From Nemertoderma westbladi (lineage: Eukaryota; Animalia; Xenacoelomorpha): a stretch of DNA of 41,661 bases. Numbering within the stretch: position 1 is the stretch's first letter; every line of letters begins with the position of its first letter. The notes under the pieces are model-generated. The model saw only the letters and a program-made list of their open reading frames with translations, made no database searches and was not told the DNA's origin. Below, one piece after another: positions 35,345-41,661 of this stretch. The stretch lies in the NCBI GenBank assembly GCA_032718475.1, contig JAUCBJ010007429.1:1-41661 (forward strand), given 5' to 3'. Position numbers and translations under genes: made by a program.

Positions 35345-35569
35345 TTTTTTCTGCCGTCACATTTTTATGCCGTGGGTTTTTTCTGCCGTGGGTTCTTTCT
35401 GCCGTGGGTATTTTCTGCCCTGGGTTTTTTCTGCCGTGACTTTTTTCTGCCGTGGGTTTTTTCTGCCGTGGGTTTTTTCTGCCGTGGGTATTTTCTGCCG
35501 TAGGTTTTTTCTGCCGTGACTTTTTTCTGCCGTGGGTTTTTTCTGCCATGGGTTTTCTCTGCCGTGACT
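35345..35569. repeat. Left subterminal array of a 15-bp unit (CTGCCGTGGGTTTTT), ~15 copies
   Basis: Directly visible; inverted relative to the right array. Confidence 0.93.
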
Positions 35570-35703
35570 TATACAATGAATATACATACCGGTAACGTAC
35601 TGTAATTCCAGATCATACATCCAGCATACAGTGAATTCCAAATTCTCCCTTCCAGCGATCCTAGTGCCTAGCGGTTGTGCTGCCCTACATCCTACAGTTA
35701 GTA

Positions 35704-36831
35704 ATGGACTCCAGAGTGGAAAGGGAACTTATTTGCGAATATTTTAATGCGGGATTTGAATATCTAGAGATCCTGGGATTTTTGGAGCTGCATGGAATCT
35801 TCATAAGTTACTCTACATTGCTACGTCGTCTGAAGGACTATGACTTGAAACGACGAAATAATAATTTTCAAGAAACAGCAATTGAGCGAATTTGGGAATT
35901 ATTGCGTGGACCATCCGCCTTGGCTGGTTATCGAGCCATCTGGCACACTCTGCGCCTAGAAGGTATTCATGTCCCACGTCAGTTTGTGGAAGAGGTACTT
36001 AGGGAACTTGATCCCGAAAGCTGTCAATTACGAGCACGCCATAAGTTGCAGCGAAGAATTTATCGTAACCCGGGACCTAACTATGCGTGGCATATTGACG
36101 GCTACGACAAAATGAAGCCGTGGGGATTTCCCATTCACGGCGCAATCGACGGATATAGTAGAAAGATCATATGGCTAAAGGTGACCAAATCTAACAACAA
36201 TCCCAATAATATAGCCGAAATGTACTTGGACAACGTTCTCTTACATGGTTGTCCAGGTAAACTTATTACTGACCTGGGGACAGAAAACTGTATCGTCGCC
36301 GCAATACAATCGTTTTTCAAGGAAGATATAAATTCTCATAAATATGTTGGATCCCGGCACAATCAGAGAATAGAATGTTGGTGGTCATTTTTTTCCAAGA
36401 GCCGATCCATGTGGTGGCGGAATTTCTTTTCGGATTTAGTATCGAGTAACATTCTGGATACAAGTTGCGAACTAAGTAAAGAATGTTTATGGTATAGCTT
36501 TGCACCCCTAATTCAGTCTGATTTGGACAAGGTTCGCTGGCATTGGAATACACACAGGATCAGGCAATCGAGGTTTAACATGGTCTGCGGGAGACCTGAC
36601 AGTATGTTTTATTTAAATTCTGACAACTATGCAAAGGTAATTTCTACTGAACAGGTTGAATATATTAGTAACAATATCATCCATAACTACTGTATTCCGA
36701 ATATCTACGAGGAGTATTTTGACTATGTCTGTCATACACTGGAACTTAATAATCCTCAATCAGTTGATGCCGCGATAACTTTTTATCAAACTCTGTTACG
36801 CGCAGCGAAGGTAAACAATACGCGAATTTGA
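35704..36831 (+). CDS. DDE transposase of IS3/integrase-core type with N-terminal HTH-like region, ~375 aa
   Basis: GPNYAWHIDGYDK (D1), IHGAIDGYSRKI, LITDLGTEN (D2), S.HNQRIE.WW (E), WN.H.IR. No stops. First ATG is at 35704; the ORF track start at 35677 is GTG. Confidence 0.92.
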   Translation: MDSRVERELICEYFNAGFEYLEILGFLELHGIFISYSTLLRRLKDYDLKRRNNNFQETAIERIWELLRGPSALAGYRAIWHTLRLEGIHVPRQFVEEVLRELDPESCQLRARHKLQRRIYRNPGPNYAWHIDGYDKMKPWGFPIHGAIDGYSRKIIWLKVTKSNNNPNNIAEMYLDNVLLHGCPGKLITDLGTENCIVAAIQSFFKEDINSHKYVGSRHNQRIECWWSFFSKSRSMWWRNFFSDLVSSNILDTSCELSKECLWYSFAPLIQSDLDKVRWHWNTHRIRQSRFNMVCGRPDSMFYLNSDNYAKVISTEQVEYISNNIIHNYCIPNIYEEYFDYVCHTLELNNPQSVDAAITFYQTLLRAAKVNNTRI

Positions 36832-37389
36832 TTTTGCCATTTATATATTATGTACAAATATATAATTATTATTATAAAATTAATTTATAATTTATGTTAT
36901 ATATTTATTTACTTACAATATTATGTTGAATTGTGGCTGGGTGGGGGGGGGGGGGGGGGGCGTAGATGGGAAGATAGATATAGCGATTTGGACTCGACAC
37001 ACTAAACACTAAATGACTCGCCCCAACTTCCAAGTCATACACTATGGACTAGTAAGTGCTGAACACTGAAAATAATTTCAGTTTTGGATTTCAGTTTCAA
37101 TTTAATTTGTTCACCAATAGTATGGATGGACTTGCAATAATACATGGCCCGCCCCTCTCCGTAGTGATCAGTAGAAACTATATGCCTCACCTACACATCT
37201 CACCAAAATCATCTGTAAAATACTTTTATAACTTTCTTTAACAGCACTTTTTAACACAACACAAAAATAACACTTTATAAACACAATTTATAAACACTTT
37301 ATAAACACACGAATCGAATGAACACATAAAAAAATGTACAGTAAGCAACGAAGTACATAACAATAGTGAACTTAAAAATAATCCGGAAG

Positions 37390-39585
37390 TTAAGCAAATC
37401 CAAAGCCATGGTTATCCAGAATATCTAGCATGACATTGTTACAGAAGGTTTTGGTTGAACCTATCAAGTATCTATCGTTTAATGGAAATCGTAAAGTGCG
37501 ACCACAAGTGTCAGCAGTAAGGCGGCGTTGAGGGTCTTTGGTTTGGAAGAATCTAATCTCACCCTCGAATGTTGGATAACGGCAACCACTACAAAACTGC
37601 AAAATATCACTCAAGGTCAAAACCTTAAGCTCCGATTCTTCCACAGTCTCCAGTGAACTTGTATGTGTTGTCAGATCCCCTTTATCAATTTTACTAAGAA
37701 ATTGACAGAATTTAAAGTAAATTTCCGTTTCTTTACCTCTTTCTATAGAACGTTCCGTTGATTCATATACAGGGCTCAAACACTTCTTGACTTCAATAAA
37801 GGTAACTTCTTTATGAACTAACGCTTCTACAGCACTTTGCGGGAAAGATTGGAGGATAGTGAATACACCATAGCACTTGAGCCCTTCACGAAAAGCGAAT
37901 ATCTCCTCGGAAACACTACTAATAACAATATGGTGAGATAATCTCGCAATAACACTTTCTTTATCTTCAAACTTATAAGAAGCACTAACTAGCCCCATAT
38001 CAAACCTATCAGTGTAGGCACTAATTGCTTTCAGAAATGCTTCACTATCTGTTGCGATATATAGAGCATTTACTGGACCAATGCAATCTGCAGGAATTTC
38101 TTTCATGGAAACATTTACTGGTAACTCCAATATGGCTCGCGCAACTGATTCCGTAAAAAAATGAGGACCTTCCTCACCATTAATTAAGGCAAGGGCACAT
38201 ATCTGGCCAAGTAACTTAAATTTAATTAACTCTTCTAAATTATGCCGGAATGTGAAGTATGGAAACTCTCCTCGAAACAAACTTGGTGGTTGATTAGTAA
38301 AGAATGTTGAAAGCATATCGCGTGTAACACCTCCTGTATCTACACCCTCTTCGCCTACATATTTTGCCATAAGCAGAGGGGAATTATTTGATTCGCTTTG
38401 ATCCTCTAAAACGTCATAAATGCTTTCCACAAGACGACTTCTTGGCACTTCAAACATAACATAAGAAGTATAGAACTGTTTCCACGCCTCTAAAGCAGAC
38501 TCGAGTGTCTCTTTAAAATTATTTGCAATCGGAAATGAAACCATAGAATTGATATCAAGTTCTTCTCTACATGGCCGATTTTTTTGAATGTCATTATCAA
38601 GATTATCAATTATTGAAATGCAGTCATCAGCCACCGATTTACAGCTCTGACAGAATGTCTCGGTCCTCGGTCTCGCAACTCCACATTCTGGACAAATGAG
38701 ACGCCTGCCTGCTCTGGTTGAAGTCTCCCCGCACAAAGTAAGATCGATAGAATCCTCTAGAGCAGTCTCTAATGCGGGAGCTTTAGCAGTTTCTAGTTCT
38801 ATAACAATAGGATTTATTTGATCACTATCGCGATGCGCACACTCCGTATCTGTAACCCAATCGTTGTCCGTATTCAACTTCGCCTTCTTTTGTATAGGCT
38901 GAGTGCGTTGGGGAATAAAATCGCTGTCCGATCCGGAATCCTCATCAATTGGTTTGTAGTCAGATGATAAATTGCGACGGTAGTCCTCCTCTGTACAAAG
39001 GTAAAACACCATTCTCTTGTAATCGCGGCCACAGTCTGCCTTGTATTCCTTCAATGTCAAAGGCTTCTCGGTGCCAGGAATTTCCTTTGCAATTCGACCA
39101 CTCTCGAAAACCAACAAATATGTTTTATTGGGTTCATAATTATGACAGTTATACGCTTTCCATTTCTCTAATGCCTTTTCTAGTAGCAGCTCATAATTAT
39201 CATCGATTAGAGCTCGGAGGGGAAGACGTTTTCCTCGCAAAGGCTTCAATGAAGCACAACTCCATCGAAGCAGTCCGATAAATATCATCACTGGTTGCTC
39301 CTCTGATGGAGCGATTTTTTTGGTTGTACCCGGACCTGAAACTCGATGTTTCCACTCATGTCCTTTTTTCTGTCGGTATTCACTGAAGCTCAATGGAGTG
39401 GTTGGCATGCTACCGCCAGCATTTTCGCTACTACTAGCAGTCCAGGTATTATTACTAATAAATGTATGCCTAGTCTTATCTCCAATATTCGAGGTAGAAT
39501 ATCCACAGTCATGACAGAATGACGCATAGGTTTCTGGAGATTTCGAACTTCTAACTATTTTAGAGCCGCACTCTTTACAAAACAT
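37390..39585 (-). CDS. Transposon-borne HECT-domain E3 ubiquitin ligase-like protein with two CxxC..CxxC zinc ribbons, ~731 aa
   Basis: HECT N-lobe KYVGEEGVDTGGVTRDMLSTFF; F.LLG.I.AL.LI; AFREGL...G; C-lobe ILQFCSG; ADTC..TL.FP (catalytic Cys codon 37504-37506); terminal GFGFA with -4 Phe. Zinc ribbons MFCKECG..FCHDCG and CPECG..FCQSC. Likely start is the ATG at 39585. Confidence 0.85.
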   Translation of the reverse strand: MFCKECGSKIVRSSKSPETYASFCHDCGYSTSNIGDKTRHTFISNNTWTASSSENAGGSMPTTPLSFSEYRQKKGHEWKHRVSGPGTTKKIAPSEEQPVMIFIGLLRWSCASLKPLRGKRLPLRALIDDNYELLLEKALEKWKAYNCHNYEPNKTYLLVFESGRIAKEIPGTEKPLTLKEYKADCGRDYKRMVFYLCTEEDYRRNLSSDYKPIDEDSGSDSDFIPQRTQPIQKKAKLNTDNDWVTDTECAHRDSDQINPIVIELETAKAPALETALEDSIDLTLCGETSTRAGRRLICPECGVARPRTETFCQSCKSVADDCISIIDNLDNDIQKNRPCREELDINSMVSFPIANNFKETLESALEAWKQFYTSYVMFEVPRSRLVESIYDVLEDQSESNNSPLLMAKYVGEEGVDTGGVTRDMLSTFFTNQPPSLFRGEFPYFTFRHNLEELIKFKLLGQICALALINGEEGPHFFTESVARAILELPVNVSMKEIPADCIGPVNALYIATDSEAFLKAISAYTDRFDMGLVSASYKFEDKESVIARLSHHIVISSVSEEIFAFREGLKCYGVFTILQSFPQSAVEALVHKEVTFIEVKKCLSPVYESTERSIERGKETEIYFKFCQFLSKIDKGDLTTHTSSLETVEESELKVLTLSDILQFCSGCRYPTFEGEIRFFQTKDPQRRLTADTCGRTLRFPLNDRYLIGSTKTFCNNVMLDILDNHGFGFA

Positions 39586-40050
39586 TCCTATAACAGTATA
39601 ATAATAGGCCCACCTAACATCTACAGATCTAACACCTAATAACACTAATAAATAAGATCATTCTCCTGTTCTACCGGTACAACTGTCCTAGCAACTGTTA
39701 GACGGGCTGTAGGCCTAATTGGTTTGTCTGTCAGGTATTACTGTCAGACGGTATTATTTTATCTAACCTAAGCCGATGGGGAGGCTATCTTGACTGGCAC
39801 ACCAGTATAGGACAGTAGGAGTCTTGAAGATAACAGTACATCACCGTTTCAACCTATGTACCTCTACAGCTACAGTAGGCCTACGTAAAGTAACATGAAA
39901 ATTATAGAAACGGTAGGCCTACTGTATGTAGTTCTGTAAAAGTATGAATGAATAGGCATACAATGGAATATTGAATAATACTGTAATATGCAGAAAATTA
40001 CAGTACCGGTACCCGTACTGTACTGCCGTAGGTAAGCATAAATATTGAAT

Positions 40051-40303
40051 AATGCAGAAAAAAGATACGGCAGAAAAAACCCACGGCAGAAAAAAGTGAC
40101 GGCAGAAAAAACCCACGGCAGAAAAAACCCACGGCAGAAAAAACCCACGGCAGAAAAAACCCACGGCAGAAAAAACCCACGGCAGAAAAAACCCACGGCA
40201 GAAAAAACCCACGGCAGAAAAAACCCACGGCAGAAAAAACCCACGGCAGAAAAAACCCACGGCAGAAAAAACTCACGGCAGAAAAAACCCACGGCAGAAA
40301 AAA
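40051..40303. repeat. Right subterminal array of a 15-bp unit (AAAAAACCCACGGCAG-type), ~17 copies
   Basis: Directly visible. Confidence 0.93.
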
Positions 40304-41059
40304 GTAAACACAAGATAATGAAATTGGCTAAGTTTTGGTTACTTTATCTTGCCGTGAGTTTTTCTTTGCAGTGACAGTTGTGGGCCACCGTACGTACTAG
40401 ATAGACAGATAGATATCCGTCAGTCCGTTAATTGATTATGTAAAGCAGTAAAGAGCCCCCCCCCCCCCCCCTGACTGCCTGACAGCCTGAGCTATCTGCA
40501 AAATTAATTACGGCAAACTCAAGGCTAAATAACAAACAATGTTGCTCCGGTCCGGCTCCGGCCCTGGCTCCGGCACATTTAGGTTGCTCCGGTCCGGTAC
40601 CCGGCTCCGGCAAAAAAAATTGCTCCGGTCGAACCCTACTGCCTGCCTGCCTATGCCAGTATGCCTACCCTATATTGTATATGGAATTGGAATAAAAAAA
40701 AAGTGCCACACGGTTTCTCTGATTCTGGTTATATTAACCCTTTGCTGCATAGTAGTGTTGCACTGGTGCAACACTAACATTTCTCATTTCACTTATTTCT
40801 CCTAAGTAAGAAAACAGCCAATGAGGATCAAGCAGTGAGAAAGAGGGTATATTAAGCTTTCATTTGATTGGTCACTTGACATATTTAGTCCAGCTTGTAA
40901 CTCAGTGATGTAATTCAAATATTGTATATCCTTAATTGTAAATTTCCTGAATTTCAACATAATTTCGAGATATGGCTGCCTGTCCGTTTTACTGTCGGAT
41001 TTGTCCGTTAGTATGTCTGTCCGTCAATAAAAAGCATACTAATTTCTAAAAAAATTGCC

Positions 41060-41416
41060 TATAAGGGTTTTCGTGGTCGGTGACTTCATTTCAGATGTCA
41101 TAAAATCAAATTTGGCCTTGTCGGTTCTGTCTGTATGCCTGTCAGTCTGTCTGTCAAAGTATAACCGACAGTCTGACAGCCAAACAGACAATTTGGAAGT
41201 AATCAAATGTTAAAATTGACACTAGAAATGAATTCTGCGACCAGGGAACCCCTATACCTAAACTTTTAGCTAAATGGTGTGCCTTTTTCTTATATTTGAC
41301 AGGCAGAGTGTCGGATAGTCTGAAAGACCGACAGACAGACACACTAGATCTCATTAAAAGTGAAAACTGACCTCAGTAATGAAATCAGCAACCAGGGAAA
41401 CCCCCACAGCAGAAAT
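41060..41416. repeat. Three diverged copies (one forward, two reverse) of the same motif family as 10765-11143
   Basis: The reverse complement of ~41320-41415 reads TGGGGGTTTCCCTGGTTGCTGATTTCATTACTGAGGTCAGTTTTCACTTTTAATGAGATCTAGTGTGTCTGTCTGTCGGTCTTTC, colinear with the 11035 unit. Further copies lie at ~41060-41160 (+) and ~41165-41260 (-). Confidence 0.65.
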
Positions 41417-41661
41417 ATTATCATGGTTTTGTGCTTTCTTGTTACTAGATATATTGACAGACATTCACACATTGTTATGATTATTAAAACTTACTTACTG
41501 TACTTACTGAAAAGTAAAGACGTGACACTGAAAATTCTGTAGTGAAAGATAAGATGTGGGTGGTACTTGAAAAGTAAAAACTATTTCTTAGATTTCCACA
41601 ACAAATAGAAAACTCGTGCAATGCAATATTTATGCAATAATAGGCAGGCCTATGCAAATAT

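Larger units (their letters stand above)
35256..40392. mobile_element. Intact two-gene DNA transposon, IS3EU-like (5137 bp)
   Basis: 82-bp TIRs (35256-35337 / 40311-40392, 2 mismatches) starting TACGGTGGCCCAC. 6-bp TSD CGTACT at 35250-35255 and 40393-40398. Two convergent intact ORFs. TAY..RTA ends with a 6-bp TSD fit IS3EU as I recall it. Confidence 0.92.
34649..40638. mobile_element. Non-autonomous hAT-type element (~850 bp without its insert), interrupted by the IS3EU-like transposon
   Basis: TIR TAGGGTTCTACCGGAGC / GCTCCGGTCGAACCCTA (16/17). 8-bp TSD CTGCCTGC at 34641-34648 and 40639-40646. Subterminal GCTCCG repeats at both ends. Confidence 0.88.

Noticed and set aside
35274-35641. Lys/Arg-rich ORFs with 5-aa periodicity (also 39870-40374)
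   Set aside because: These are translations of the 15-bp subterminal arrays, open in several frames on both strands.
35704-36831. Bacterial IS3/IS481 contamination or LTR-retrotransposon integrase
   Set aside because: It is flanked by long TIRs with a TSD inside a eukaryotic hAT element and is paired with a HECT gene. There is no RT, RNase H or LTR.

Overview
Eukaryotic, most likely animal, genomic DNA at a satellite/gene boundary. It is not prokaryotic and has no CRISPR array. (1) 1-8846 is a tandem satellite of 208/206-bp monomers (42 full copies plus one partial) with an emerging 622-bp three-monomer higher-order period. (2) About 8.9-15.5 kb is a mosaic of a minisatellite and TTAA-flanked MITE-like foldbacks, one of them built from tRNA-derived sequence. 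(3) 15.8-28.4 kb holds three co-oriented, intronless conserved genes on the minus strand: UPRT, UTP20 and TTC39C. Intron-poor metazoan genes suggest a compact genome such as a glass sponge (inference only). (4) 29-41 kb is a nest of DNA transposons with readable TIRs/TSDs. The highlight is an intact 5137-bp element (35256-40392; TAC..GTA ends, 82-bp TIRs plus 15-bp repeat arrays, 6-bp TSD CGTACT; IS3EU-like). It encodes an IS3/integrase-type DDE transposase and, convergently, a zinc-ribbon + HECT E3 ubiquitin ligase with its catalytic Cys intact. It is inserted in a non-autonomous hAT element (8-bp TSD). All calls come from reading the sequence by eye; no database searches were run.
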